NCBI GenBank assembly: GCA_024234895.1
Contig: JACKNJ010000002.1
Span: 395,565-459,564 of the forward strand
Length of the DNA stretch: 64,000 bases
DNA from: Gammaproteobacteria bacterium
GTDB lineage: Bacteria > Pseudomonadota > Gammaproteobacteria > JACKNK01
Reading direction: 5' to 3'
The position numbers were made by a program, and so were the translations under genes. The notes beneath the pieces were generated by a model that was given only the letters and a program-made list of their open reading frames with translations, was not told where the DNA came from and made no database searches. This document shows positions 38,429 through 49,436 of the stretch, piece after piece (position 1 is the first letter of the stretch; each line of letters begins with the position of its first letter).

Positions 38429-40261
38429 ATGTGTGGAATCGTCGGCGCAATCGCGCAACGTAACGTCACCCCGATCCTGCTCGAAGGTCTGCGCAGGCTG
38501 GAATATCGCGGCTACGACTCCGCCGGCATCGCGCTGCTGACGGAATCCGGGGCCCTGGATCGGCGCCGCACGCTTGGCAAGGTCGCCGAACTCAGCAAGG
38601 CGATCGACAGTGCGCCATTCACCGGCCTTCGCGGTATTGCCCACACGCGCTGGGCGACGCACGGACTGCCGTCCGAGCAGAACGCGCACCCACACATCTG
38701 CCGCCAGCACGTTGCCGTAGTCCATAACGGGATCATCGAGAATCACGAAGAACTCCGTCGTTTGCAGGCGGCTCGTGACCACAAGTTCACATCGCAGACC
38801 GATACCGAGGTCATCGTCCACCAGATTCACGATGAGCTCGCGAAGGGCGCCGATCTGCTGACCGCCGTGCGCGACGCGGTGAAGGTGCTGCACGGCGCAT
38901 ACGCGCTCGGCGTCATCGCGACGGACGCCCCCGACCGCCTGATCGCCGCCCGCCAGGGTTCTCCGCTGGTGATCGGTGTCGGCATCGGCGAGCATTTCAT
39001 CGCCTCCGACGTGGCGGCACTGTTGCCCGTCACGCGGCGTTTCATCTTCCTGGAAGAAGGCGATATCGCTGATCTGACCACCGATACGGTGACCATCTAC
39101 GACCGCAGCGGGGCCGTCGTCGAGCGTCCGATCCGCGAATCGGAATTGACGGCAGACGCCGCCGACCGCGGCCAATACCGGCACTTCATGCTCAAGGAAA
39201 TTCACGAGCAGCCGCGCGCCATCGCCGAAACGCTGGAAGCGCGCCTCGGCAACGAACGCGTCCTGCCCGGTATCCTCGGCCCGGAAGAGGACGCGCTGCT
39301 CGCGGACATCAACGAGGTGCAGATCATCGCCTGTGGCACTTCGTATCATGCGGGACTGGTCGCCAAGTACTGGTTCGAAGGCATCGCCGGCGTGCGCTGC
39401 AACGTCGAGGTGGCGAGTGAATTCCGCTATCGACGCAGCGTGGTGGTGCCCGGCACGCTATTCGTGACGATCTCGCAATCCGGCGAAACGGCTGACACGC
39501 TCGCAGCCCTTCGACAGGCCAAACAGCAAGGTTTTCGCACCACGCTGACGGTCTGCAACGTGCCCGAGAGCTCGTTGGTGCGTGAGTCGGATCTCAGTCT
39601 GATGACCCGCGCCGGCCCCGAGATCGGCGTGGCTTCGACGAAGGCGTTCACCACACAGCTGGTTGCGCTGCTGATGCTGGTGACCGTGATCGGTCGTCGG
39701 CATCGCATCAAACCCGAGCGCGAGGCCGCGATCGTGCGCGCTATGACTGCATTGCCGGCGCAGATCGAGTCCGTGCTCCAGCTCGACGACGTGATCACCC
39801 GCACCGCCGAGGGCTTCGCCGAATTGCACCACGCGCTGTTCCTGGGCCGCGGGGTGCAGTACCCCGTCGCAATGGAAGGCGCGTTGAAACTGAAGGAAAT
39901 CTCGTACATCCACGCCGAAGCCTACCCGGCGGGCGAGTTGAAACACGGCCCACTGGCGCTGGTTGATGCGGACATGCCGGTGGTTACCGTCGCGCCCAAC
40001 GACGAGTTGCTCGAGAAACTGAAATCCAATCTGGAGGAGGTGCGCGCACGCGGCGGTCGGCTGTATGTGTTCGCTGACGACCAGAGCGGAATTCGCCCCG
40101 GCGGCGACATCACCGTTGTGACCGTGCCGACCACGGACGAAGTGGTCAGCCCGATGATCTACACCGTGCCGCTGCAATTGCTTGCCTATCACGTGGCCGT
40201 GCTGCGTGGCACCGACGTCGACCAACCGAGAAACCTGGCGAAGTCGGTCACGGTCGAATAA
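38429..40261 (+). CDS. glmS: Glutamine--fructose-6-phosphate aminotransferase
   Basis: 610 aa with the N-terminal MCGIVG Ntn nucleophile, two SIS domains and a C-terminal ..AKSVTVE. Confidence 0.97.
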   Translation: MCGIVGAIAQRNVTPILLEGLRRLEYRGYDSAGIALLTESGALDRRRTLGKVAELSKAIDSAPFTGLRGIAHTRWATHGLPSEQNAHPHICRQHVAVVHNGIIENHEELRRLQAARDHKFTSQTDTEVIVHQIHDELAKGADLLTAVRDAVKVLHGAYALGVIATDAPDRLIAARQGSPLVIGVGIGEHFIASDVAALLPVTRRFIFLEEGDIADLTTDTVTIYDRSGAVVERPIRESELTADAADRGQYRHFMLKEIHEQPRAIAETLEARLGNERVLPGILGPEEDALLADINEVQIIACGTSYHAGLVAKYWFEGIAGVRCNVEVASEFRYRRSVVVPGTLFVTISQSGETADTLAALRQAKQQGFRTTLTVCNVPESSLVRESDLSLMTRAGPEIGVASTKAFTTQLVALLMLVTVIGRRHRIKPEREAAIVRAMTALPAQIESVLQLDDVITRTAEGFAELHHALFLGRGVQYPVAMEGALKLKEISYIHAEAYPAGELKHGPLALVDADMPVVTVAPNDELLEKLKSNLEEVRARGGRLYVFADDQSGIRPGGDITVVTVPTTDEVVSPMIYTVPLQLLAYHVAVLRGTDVDQPRNLAKSVTVE

Positions 40262-40289
40262 TCACCCAATTCTTTCCTGAGATATTCCG

Positions 40290-41534
40290 ATGTCCGACAC
40301 CCTGCGCGAACGCGCGCTCGCCTATCACCAGCTACCGAAGCCCGGCAAGATCGCCATCGAGATCACCAAGCCGAGCGCGACCCAGGACGACCTGGTACTG
40401 GCCTATACCCCCGGTGTCGCCGCGCCGGTGCGCGAGATCGCCAAGGACCCAGAGGCCGCCTACCGTTACACCGCCAAGGGCAATCTGGTTGCGGTGATCA
40501 GCAACGGGACCGCGATCCTCGGTCTCGGCGACAAGGGCCCGCTGGCGTCCAAGCCGGTCATGGAAGGCAAGGCGGTGCTGTTCAAGAAGTTCGCTGACGT
40601 CGACGTGTTCGACATCGAGGTCGATGCCGCCGATCCGCGCGACCTGATCGAGACCGTCGTGCGCATCGCGCCGACCTTCGGCGGTATCAACCTGGAAGAC
40701 ATCAAGGCGCCGGAGTGCTTCGATATCGAGGCCGAGTTGATCGAGCGTCTCGATATTCCGGTGTTCCACGACGATCAGCATGGCACCGCAATCATCATCG
40801 CCGCCGCGCTGGAGAATGCACTGCGGTTGAACGGCAAGAAGCTTGAAGAGATCCGGATCGTCTGTGTCGGTGCCGGTGCCGCAGGTATTGCGTCCATGCG
40901 CCTGCTCAAGAGCATGGGTGTACCGCCCGCGCACATCATGATGTGCGATCGCGGTGGCGTCGTGCATACGGGCCGCGACGATCTGAATCGCTTCAAGCTG
41001 GAATTCGCGGTCGAGACCGACCGCCGCACCCTGGCCGACGCGCTCGATGGCGCCGACGTGTTCATCGGGCTGTCCGGTCCCGATCTGATGAGCGCCGACA
41101 TGCTGCGCAGCATGGCACGCGACCCGCTGGTGTTCGCCTTGTCCAACCCCGATCCCGAGATCGATCCCCAGCTGGCGCGCGCCACCCGTGACGACGTGAT
41201 CATGGCGACGGGCCGTTCGGACTACCCGAATCAGGTGAACAACGTGCTCGGTTTTCCCTTCATCTTCCGTGGCGCGCTGGATGTGCGCGCGCGGCGGATC
41301 AATGAGGAGATGAAGATCGCCGCCGTGCGCGCGCTGCGCGACCTGACGCACGTGCCTGCTCCGCAGGCCGTTCTGGATGCATACCGGCTGGACCGACTGG
41401 AGTTCGGACGGGAATACCTGGTGCCGAAGCCGCTCGACCCGCGCCTGATCGACTGGGTGCCGCCGGCCGTGGCGCGCGCCGCTGTCGAATCCGGCTCCGC
41501 GCGCCTGCCGTATCCGCCGCATTACCCGGCATGA
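40290..41534 (+). CDS. NAD(P)-dependent malic enzyme (short form without PTA-like domain)
   Basis: 414 aa with an N-terminus typical of MaeB-type enzymes ([32 protein letters not shown]) and the dinucleotide fold GAGAAG. Confidence 0.88.
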   Translation: MSDTLRERALAYHQLPKPGKIAIEITKPSATQDDLVLAYTPGVAAPVREIAKDPEAAYRYTAKGNLVAVISNGTAILGLGDKGPLASKPVMEGKAVLFKKFADVDVFDIEVDAADPRDLIETVVRIAPTFGGINLEDIKAPECFDIEAELIERLDIPVFHDDQHGTAIIIAAALENALRLNGKKLEEIRIVCVGAGAAGIASMRLLKSMGVPPAHIMMCDRGGVVHTGRDDLNRFKLEFAVETDRRTLADALDGADVFIGLSGPDLMSADMLRSMARDPLVFALSNPDPEIDPQLARATRDDVIMATGRSDYPNQVNNVLGFPFIFRGALDVRARRINEEMKIAAVRALRDLTHVPAPQAVLDAYRLDRLEFGREYLVPKPLDPRLIDWVPPAVARAAVESGSARLPYPPHYPA

Positions 41535-41724
41535 TCTGATCCAATGCCTGGGGACGCGGGTTACAATCCCGTGCCCCACGCACACCGCATGGCCAACCGC
41601 GTCACAACACGCAGCGGCAGTCGCACGGTCGGCATGGAGACGCCCGCGCACCGTTATCAAATCCCAATGCGCACAGGCGGCGGATCGCTCGACACCCGCC
41701 GCGTCCGTGCCTGAGGAGGCTTGC

Positions 41725-43017
<1,293 letters not shown>

Positions 43018-43029
43018 CGGCGGCGGGGA

Positions 43030-43632
43030 TCAGGCCACGCCGATGAGTTCGCGTACCGCTTGCTCATCGGCGTGGGCCATCGGTTTGCCGTCGACCGGGC
43101 TGAGCGGCGGGCGGCTGCGGAGTTCCGGAGGCAGCACCACGAGTTCCAGTGGCGCGTCGCCGGCGAAGAAGCGGTAGGTCGGGAATTCGTGGGTCAGACC
43201 CGCGACATTGACGCGCTTGCTGGCATCGTCGAACGGAATCTCCTTGTCCATCAGAAACAGCAGCACGTCCTCGGCGCGATCCGCAAACAGGTGCAGCGTG
43301 ATCCGCGTGTTCTCGCCGGCGATACCGGTCAGTACCGGTCCGACCAGCAGTGGCTTGAAGTGTGCGAAGAACTGCATCGCGGCCAGTGCCGCTTCCCGCA
43401 GGGTAGCTAGACGCCGGGCGCCGGCCTCTCCCAGAAACAGGCGCTGATATTCCAGCGCGGCATCCTCGATTTCCCGGTTGGTGGGCAGGTCGTGGTGCCC
43501 ATCCAGACCGAGCCGTCCGACCGCCTTGCGTTTGGCCAGGGCAAAGTCGATGACGCCCTCGTCGATGATGATGCGAGCCGCTTCGTGCGCGATCTCGGTG
43601 CGCGCGCGAGGATGTCTCATGCGCGCGCCCAC
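43030..43632 (-). CDS. Conserved hypothetical protein (no family recognised)
   Basis: 200-aa ORF with coding-like composition. It begins 3 nt after the mrcA stop on the same strand. I could assign no motif. Confidence 0.55.
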   Translation of the reverse strand: MGARMRHPRARTEIAHEAARIIIDEGVIDFALAKRKAVGRLGLDGHHDLPTNREIEDAALEYQRLFLGEAGARRLATLREAALAAMQFFAHFKPLLVGPVLTGIAGENTRITLHLFADRAEDVLLFLMDKEIPFDDASKRVNVAGLTHEFPTYRFFAGDAPLELVVLPPELRSRPPLSPVDGKPMAHADEQAVRELIGVA

Positions 43633-43634
43633 GG

Positions 43635-46160
43635 TCAGAACAGCCCGCCGTCCAGGCCGCCGGGCGTTGTAGGCGCCCCGGGCCCGTCGCCATCGACCAC
43701 ACCTGGCACCGGTACCACCGACGGCAGTGCCCCGATCGACCGGGGCCTGGCCTTCGGCGCGTACTCGGTGCGGAACAGCTCGAACTCGGCGGCCGGGTTG
43801 CGTGGATCAGCCGGTTCCCCGGTTTCCGGGTCGATGCGCACGCGCACCAGGCCCGGGGGTTCCGGCACGAGCGCTGGAGGCGTGCCCGCCAGCGCCACTC
43901 GCATGTAGTCCATCCAGGCGGGCAGCGCTGCGCGCCCGCCGACCTCGCCGCGTCCGAGAGGCCCCATCTGGTCGAATCCCACCCAGGCGATCGTGACCAT
44001 GTTGGCGTTGTAACCGGAGAACCAGGCGTCGTTCTGGTCGTTGGTGGTGCCGGTCTTGCCGGCCAGATCGTCGCGTCCGAGCTCCAGCGCGCGGCGCGCG
44101 GTGCCGCGTTTCACCACGTCGCGCATCATGTCGTAGATCAGATAGGCGTTGCGCGCCTCCACGACCCGCGGCGCGGCCCGGGTCGGAGCCGGCCCGGCCA
44201 CGATCCCGGCTTCGTCGGTCGGCGGCGGGTTCGTGGTCCCGGTATCGTCGTCCGCTTCGTCGTCGGTTTCCTTGGCGGGCTTCGTCAGATCGAGATAGTC
44301 GCATTTCGGACAGACCACGATCGGGTCTGCCTGATAGAGGATGCTGCCGTTGCTGTCCTCGACGCGTTCGACCAGCCACGGTTCGATCCGGAAGCCACCG
44401 TTCGCCCACACGGACTGCGCCGCCGCCAACTCCAGCGGCGTTACCTGCGCGCTGCCGAGTGCCAGCGACAGATTGTGCGGGATGCGGTTGGGATCGAAGC
44501 CGATGCGCTCCAGATAGGCTGCGGTGTGGTCGATGCCGGCCTGCCGCAGTACCCGGATCGAGACGAGATTACGTGAGTTATACAGCGCGACCCGCAGCCG
44601 GGTCGGGCCAAACACTTTGCCGCTGTAGTTCTCCGGTCGCCACGATCCTTCCAGCGACGGGTCGTTGAACACCACCGGCGCGTCGTTGATCAGCGTGGCG
44701 ACGGTCATGCCCTTGTCCAATGCGGCGGAATACACGAAGGGTTTCATGCCGGAGCCGGGTTGGCGTTGAGCCTGGACGACGCGGTTGAACTTGCTGTGGG
44801 CGAAATCGAAACCGCCGACCAGGGCGTTTATGCGTCCGTCGTGCGGGGAGACCGAGACCATGGCGCCGGCAACGACAGGCAGCTGGGCCAGCATCCGGCT
44901 GGTCGTGCCGTCCTCCGCCGTGAGTTCCCGCAGGCGCACGATATCGCCGACGGCCAGCACGGCGCCGGCGGTCTTCGGCGCCGCGCCACGCCGGTTCTCG
45001 TCGATGTACGGGTTCGCCCACTTGATGGCATTCCAGTCGAGCCCGACCCGCTCGCCGCCGCGCAGATAGATTTCCGCATCCTTCTCGCCGACGTTGAGCA
45101 CCAGGCCCGCGCGCAGCCCGCCGAGCCGCTCGTAAGGGACGAGCAGGTCGTCGCGCCCGGCATCGTCGACCGGCAGGACGTCGATATGTGCCTCCGCGCC
45201 GCGCCAGCCGTGGCGGACGTCGTAATCGAGCAGGGCGCCGCGCAGGCCATCCTGGGCGGCTCGCTGCAGGCGCGAATCCACGCTCAGGTAGACCTTCATC
45301 CCGGCCGTGTAGGTCGACTGTTCGCCAAAACGTTCGAGCATCCAGGCGCGCGCCATTTCCGCGACGTAACCGGCCTCAAGGTCGACCTGCGGGCCGTGCA
45401 GGCGGGCGACCACCGGTGCCTCGATGGCTTCCCGGTATTCCGCCTCGCTGATGTAACCGAGCGTCTTCATGCGGCCAAGAACGTAGTTGCGGCGCAGCTT
45501 GGCGCGCGGCGGATTGCTGACCGGGTTGAACGCGGAGGGCGCCTTCGGCAGGCCTGCGATCATCGCGATCTGGGGCAGCGTCAGCGAGCTGAGATCGCTG
45601 CCGTAATACACCTGCGCGGCCGCGCCGATGCCGTAGGCGCGCTGACCCAGGTAAATCTTGTTCGCGTACAACTCGAAGATCTTCTCCTTGCTGAGTTCGC
45701 CTTCGATCTTCAGCGCGAGCAGGATCTCGTTGACCTTGCGCAGATACGACTTCTTGCGGCTGAGGAAGAAGTTTCGCGCCACCTGCATGGTGATCGTCGA
45801 GCCGCCCTGCTTCTTCTCGCCGGTCATCGCCAGCGTATAGACGGCACGCAACAGGCCCTGATAGTCGACCCCGGGATGGGTGAAAAACCGGTCGTCCTCG
45901 GCGGACAGGAAGGCCTGGACCAGGCGCTCGGGAATCTCGTCGTAGCGGACCGGGATACGGCGCTGCTCGCCGAACTCGGAGATCAGCGCGCCATCTTGGC
46001 TGTATACGCGCAACGGGACCTGCAGGCGCACATCCTGAAGTTCCACGGTGTCAGGCAGGTTCGGAACCAGGGCGAACCACACCCAGGCGCCGATCGCGGC
46101 ACTGGCGATCACACCGAGCAGGGTCAGGATCAGGAAGGTTTTCAGCAGGACGCGGCGCAT
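43635..46160 (-). CDS. mrcA: Penicillin-binding protein 1A (bifunctional glycosyltransferase/transpeptidase)
   Basis: 841 aa with an N-terminal TM, GT51 motifs (EDDRFFTHPGVD, GGSTITMQ) and transpeptidase motifs (SGMKP for SxxK, KTGTTN). Confidence 0.95.
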   Translation of the reverse strand: MRRVLLKTFLILTLLGVIASAAIGAWVWFALVPNLPDTVELQDVRLQVPLRVYSQDGALISEFGEQRRIPVRYDEIPERLVQAFLSAEDDRFFTHPGVDYQGLLRAVYTLAMTGEKKQGGSTITMQVARNFFLSRKKSYLRKVNEILLALKIEGELSKEKIFELYANKIYLGQRAYGIGAAAQVYYGSDLSSLTLPQIAMIAGLPKAPSAFNPVSNPPRAKLRRNYVLGRMKTLGYISEAEYREAIEAPVVARLHGPQVDLEAGYVAEMARAWMLERFGEQSTYTAGMKVYLSVDSRLQRAAQDGLRGALLDYDVRHGWRGAEAHIDVLPVDDAGRDDLLVPYERLGGLRAGLVLNVGEKDAEIYLRGGERVGLDWNAIKWANPYIDENRRGAAPKTAGAVLAVGDIVRLRELTAEDGTTSRMLAQLPVVAGAMVSVSPHDGRINALVGGFDFAHSKFNRVVQAQRQPGSGMKPFVYSAALDKGMTVATLINDAPVVFNDPSLEGSWRPENYSGKVFGPTRLRVALYNSRNLVSIRVLRQAGIDHTAAYLERIGFDPNRIPHNLSLALGSAQVTPLELAAAQSVWANGGFRIEPWLVERVEDSNGSILYQADPIVVCPKCDYLDLTKPAKETDDEADDDTGTTNPPPTDEAGIVAGPAPTRAAPRVVEARNAYLIYDMMRDVVKRGTARRALELGRDDLAGKTGTTNDQNDAWFSGYNANMVTIAWVGFDQMGPLGRGEVGGRAALPAWMDYMRVALAGTPPALVPEPPGLVRVRIDPETGEPADPRNPAAEFELFRTEYAPKARPRSIGALPSVVPVPGVVDGDGPGAPTTPGGLDGGLF

Positions 46161-46377
46161 GCGGGCAAAGGCGGGGGCGGGGAAAAGGAACGCGGATTAG
46201 CGACGGGAATGGGCGGCAGTATAACCTCCCGAAGCGGTATTACCGGCTCCGTTCGAGTTCGCCCGGCGGCGTGCCCGGACTGCCTGGCCATGGCAAAGTG
46301 GGTGCCGGTGACGCCTTGATTATTTATTAATCACCATATTTAATGTGTCAGCATAAAAAGTCACGCTAACTAGCGGA

Positions 46378-47625
46378 ATGTCAGAGAAAAAAGCGCGATC
46401 CATGTTCTCGTTCTTCGGGGGTGGAAAAGCCAAGGGAGGAGACGGCGCGGACAACTCCGCCGGGAGCAAGACCGGAGGGCTGTCCGGCGGTCGGTCCGCT
46501 GGCGACAAGTCTGCCGATGACGGCAGCGCGAAGGCCCAGGGCAAGACGGGTCTCGTCGAGCAGCTGCGCGCCCGCTTCCAGCCGGTCAAGCCCGTACTGG
46601 GGATCGACATCTCATCGATGGCGGTGAAGGTGCTGGAGTTCAGCAAGGATGGGGCCGGTTACAAGATCGAGAGCTACGGCGTCGAACCGTTGCCGCCGAG
46701 CGCGATCTCGGAACACAACATTACCGATGTCGATGGAGTCGCGGAGGCAATCCGCCGGGTGATCCGTCGTGCCAAGACCAAGACCAAGGACGCCGCGGTC
46801 GCGGTGCCGTCATCGGCCGTGATCACCAAGACCATCCAGTTGGTCAAGGCGCCCAACGATGCCGAAATGGCGGGCCTGGTCGAGCTGGAGGCGCCCAAGT
46901 ACATCCCGTTCCCGCTCAGCGAGATCAACTACGACTTCGAGGTCATCGGTCCGGCGGAGAGCGATCCAGCAATGGTCGATGTGCTATTGGTGGCGTCGCG
47001 CAGCGAGAACGTCGACATGCGTTCCGCCGCGCTGGAGCTTGCCGGCCTGAACGCGAAGGTCGTCGATGTCGAGTCGTACGCCCTCGAGCACGCACTGACG
47101 CTGCTCGCGCCGCAGATGCCAAACCACGGCGTCGATACCACGGTCGCGCTCGTCGATGTCGGTGCCGTGGTGACCTCCGTCAGCGTGGTCCGCAATATGG
47201 AGATCATCTACTCGCGCGAGCAGGACTTCGGCGGCAAGCAACTGACCGAGGAGATCATGCGGCGCTTCGGCATGAGCTACGAGGAAGCCGGCCTCGCCAA
47301 GCGCATGGGCGGGCTGCCGCCGGAGTACCAGCGCGAAGTGCTGGAGCCGTTCAAGGCCGCGATGGCTCAGCAGGTCCTGCGCGCCCTGCAATTCTTCAAT
47401 GCCTCCAATGAGCAGCAGGACGTCGATCAGGTCATCCTGGCCGGCGGGTCCGCCGCGATCAGCGGCGTGGCGCAGTTCATCAGCAAGCAGGTCGGGCTGC
47501 CGGTCGTCATCGCCAACCCGCTCGCGGACATGGCCATCTCCGATCGGGTTCAGCGCAACAATCTGATGGCCGACGCACCGGCGTTGCTGACTGCGGCCGG
47601 ACTGGCTTTGCGGGGCTTCGACTGA
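46378..47625 (+). CDS. pilM: Type IV pilus assembly ATPase-fold protein PilM, with a low-complexity N-terminal insertion
   Basis: Actin-like PilM core starting at ..VLGIDISSMAVKVLEF. It is divergent from mrcA, as in Pseudomonas. Confidence 0.9.
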   Translation: MSEKKARSMFSFFGGGKAKGGDGADNSAGSKTGGLSGGRSAGDKSADDGSAKAQGKTGLVEQLRARFQPVKPVLGIDISSMAVKVLEFSKDGAGYKIESYGVEPLPPSAISEHNITDVDGVAEAIRRVIRRAKTKTKDAAVAVPSSAVITKTIQLVKAPNDAEMAGLVELEAPKYIPFPLSEINYDFEVIGPAESDPAMVDVLLVASRSENVDMRSAALELAGLNAKVVDVESYALEHALTLLAPQMPNHGVDTTVALVDVGAVVTSVSVVRNMEIIYSREQDFGGKQLTEEIMRRFGMSYEEAGLAKRMGGLPPEYQREVLEPFKAAMAQQVLRALQFFNASNEQQDVDQVILAGGSAAISGVAQFISKQVGLPVVIANPLADMAISDRVQRNNLMADAPALLTAAGLALRGFD

Positions 47626-48260
47626 TGCCGCGCATCAACCTGTTGCCGTGGCGCGAGACGCAGCGCCGCGAACGCGAGAAACAGTTCAAGGTGATGGCGG
47701 CGGCGGCGGTCGCGTGCGGAATTGTGGTGTCGGTGTACGCGCACTGGATGATCAGCGACGCGATCGAGGCTCAGCAGGCACGCAACCAGGTTCTGACCAA
47801 GGAGCAGGCCCGCCTCAAGACGGCATCCAAGGTGCGTGAGGAACTTGAGCAGAAACGCGACGATCTGCTGTCGCGCATGGCCATCATCGAGCGCCTGCAG
47901 CGCAGTCGTGCGGTCAGTGTCCGCCTGTTCAACGAGATCGCGGCGGTGTTGCCGGGCGGCAGCTTTCTCGGGGAGATCGCGCAGTCCGGGAGCACTCTCC
48001 GCCTTGCCGGCCGCGCCGGATCCAACGCAGATGTCTCCGAGCTGATGCGCCGGCTGGGAAAAAGCGAGGTGGTCGGCGAGCCGCGGCTGGTATCGATCGT
48101 CACCGACGATACCGATCACACCGTCGACTTCAGTTTGCAGGTGGTGGTGAAGGGGCTCGAGGTCATCGCGCCGGAAGGCGCCGCAGCCAGCAAGACAAAG
48201 GACCAGAAGAAGGCCAAGGCGAAGCCGAAGAAGTCCACCGCCGATGGCTCGCCGCATTGA
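47625..48260 (+). CDS. pilN: Type IV pilus assembly protein PilN
   Basis: MPRINLLPWRE.. is the canonical PilN N-terminus, followed by one TM. It is in an ATGA overlap with pilM. Confidence 0.9.
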   Translation: MPRINLLPWRETQRREREKQFKVMAAAAVACGIVVSVYAHWMISDAIEAQQARNQVLTKEQARLKTASKVREELEQKRDDLLSRMAIIERLQRSRAVSVRLFNEIAAVLPGGSFLGEIAQSGSTLRLAGRAGSNADVSELMRRLGKSEVVGEPRLVSIVTDDTDHTVDFSLQVVVKGLEVIAPEGAAASKTKDQKKAKAKPKKSTADGSPH

Positions 48261-48272
48261 GGTTGGGTGCTC

Positions 48273-48854
48273 ATGAATCTCTCTGAACTCAACGAACTGG
48301 ACTTTTCCGACATTGGGGCCTGGCCTGTCGGCGCGCGGTATGTCGCCGTGGTGCTGATATTCGTGGTTACCCTGTTCGGTGGTTATTGGCTCTACCTTGA
48401 GGACCAGCTGTCGTTGCTGGAAAAGGAGGAGGCCGAAGAACCCCGACTCAAGAAGCAGATCCAGTTCGCGCTGAACAAGACGGCGGTGGTGCCGGAGCTC
48501 AAGAAACAGCTGGAAGAAGGCGAAGTCACCTTCGCGGAATCCCTGCGTCAGTTGCCGAGTAGTGTCGACGTCGCCGAGTTGCTGACCGACATATCCGGTT
48601 CCGGGTTGCAGGAAAGCCTGATCTTTGAATCGATCACGCCGCAGGCCGAGAAGCAGCTGGAGTTCTACGCGGAACTGCCCATCGAGATCAAAGTGTGGGG
48701 CAATTATCACGAGTTCGGCCGCTTCGTCAGTCGCCTGTCGGCGTTGCCCCGCATCCTGACTCTGCACGACGTCAACGTTCAGAAGGTTGAAAACGGTCAG
48801 GCACCGCTGAAGATGACGGCCACCGCGAAAACCTATTGGTACATCCAGAAATGA
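48273..48854 (+). CDS. pilO: Type IV pilus assembly protein PilO
   Basis: MNLSELNELDFSDIGAWP.. is a typical PilO N-terminus, followed by a TM and a coiled coil. Confidence 0.88.
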   Translation: MNLSELNELDFSDIGAWPVGARYVAVVLIFVVTLFGGYWLYLEDQLSLLEKEEAEEPRLKKQIQFALNKTAVVPELKKQLEEGEVTFAESLRQLPSSVDVAELLTDISGSGLQESLIFESITPQAEKQLEFYAELPIEIKVWGNYHEFGRFVSRLSALPRILTLHDVNVQKVENGQAPLKMTATAKTYWYIQK

Positions 48855-49432
48855 CCGGCGCGCGTTCGCAACCGACACGACGAATCACCTGGGGCCGGGT
48901 CGCCGGGATGGGGTTGCGCGCGCTGGTGGTCGGGGGCGTGCTTGTGGGTCTGACCGGCTGCGAGCCGGAGGGTGAGAACCTCAAAACCTGGTTGCGTCAG
49001 GCCAGCAACGGCAAAGCCATCAAGCTGGACCCATTGCCGCAGCCATTGGCGTATCAACCCATCGAGTACATCCAGGTCGAACAACGCACGCCCTTCGAAC
49101 CGGTCGCGCTGGTTGCGCCGGAGATCAAACCGATCGCCTCGGCGATCTCCCCGGATTTCACGCGTGAGCGCGAGCCATTGGAGGCATTTCCGCTCAGCGA
49201 ACTGTCGCTGGTCGGCATGGTGGGCCTGGACGATGGCATGGTTGCCCTCGTGCAGTCGCCGGACGGCGAAGTCGTGCGCGTGCGCGAGGGTAATTACCTG
49301 GGGCGGAATTTTGGTCGGGTCGAATCGTTGGACGAGAAGGGCCTGGTGTTACGCGAAATCGTCAAGGACGACGGCGGCCAATGGCAGAAGCGAACCACGG
49401 AGTTCGGCTTTGCCGAGCCCGGGGGAGGTTGA
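48851..49432 (+). CDS. pilP: Type IV pilus assembly lipoprotein PilP
   Basis: ATG at 48851 overlaps the pilO stop. Lipobox LTGC is present. Operon position fits. Confidence 0.85.
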   Translation: MTGARSQPTRRITWGRVAGMGLRALVVGGVLVGLTGCEPEGENLKTWLRQASNGKAIKLDPLPQPLAYQPIEYIQVEQRTPFEPVALVAPEIKPIASAISPDFTREREPLEAFPLSELSLVGMVGLDDGMVALVQSPDGEVVRVREGNYLGRNFGRVESLDEKGLVLREIVKDDGGQWQKRTTEFGFAEPGGG

Positions 49433-49436
49433 CGAT

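Noticed and set aside
41535-41724. Imperfect GC-rich hairpin (GGGGACGCGGG..TCCCGTGCCCC) between the malic enzyme gene and gltA, considered as a terminator or riboswitch.
   Set aside because: The stem is mismatched, no T-run follows, and no conserved riboswitch motif was recognised. It is probably just the gltA promoter or leader region.
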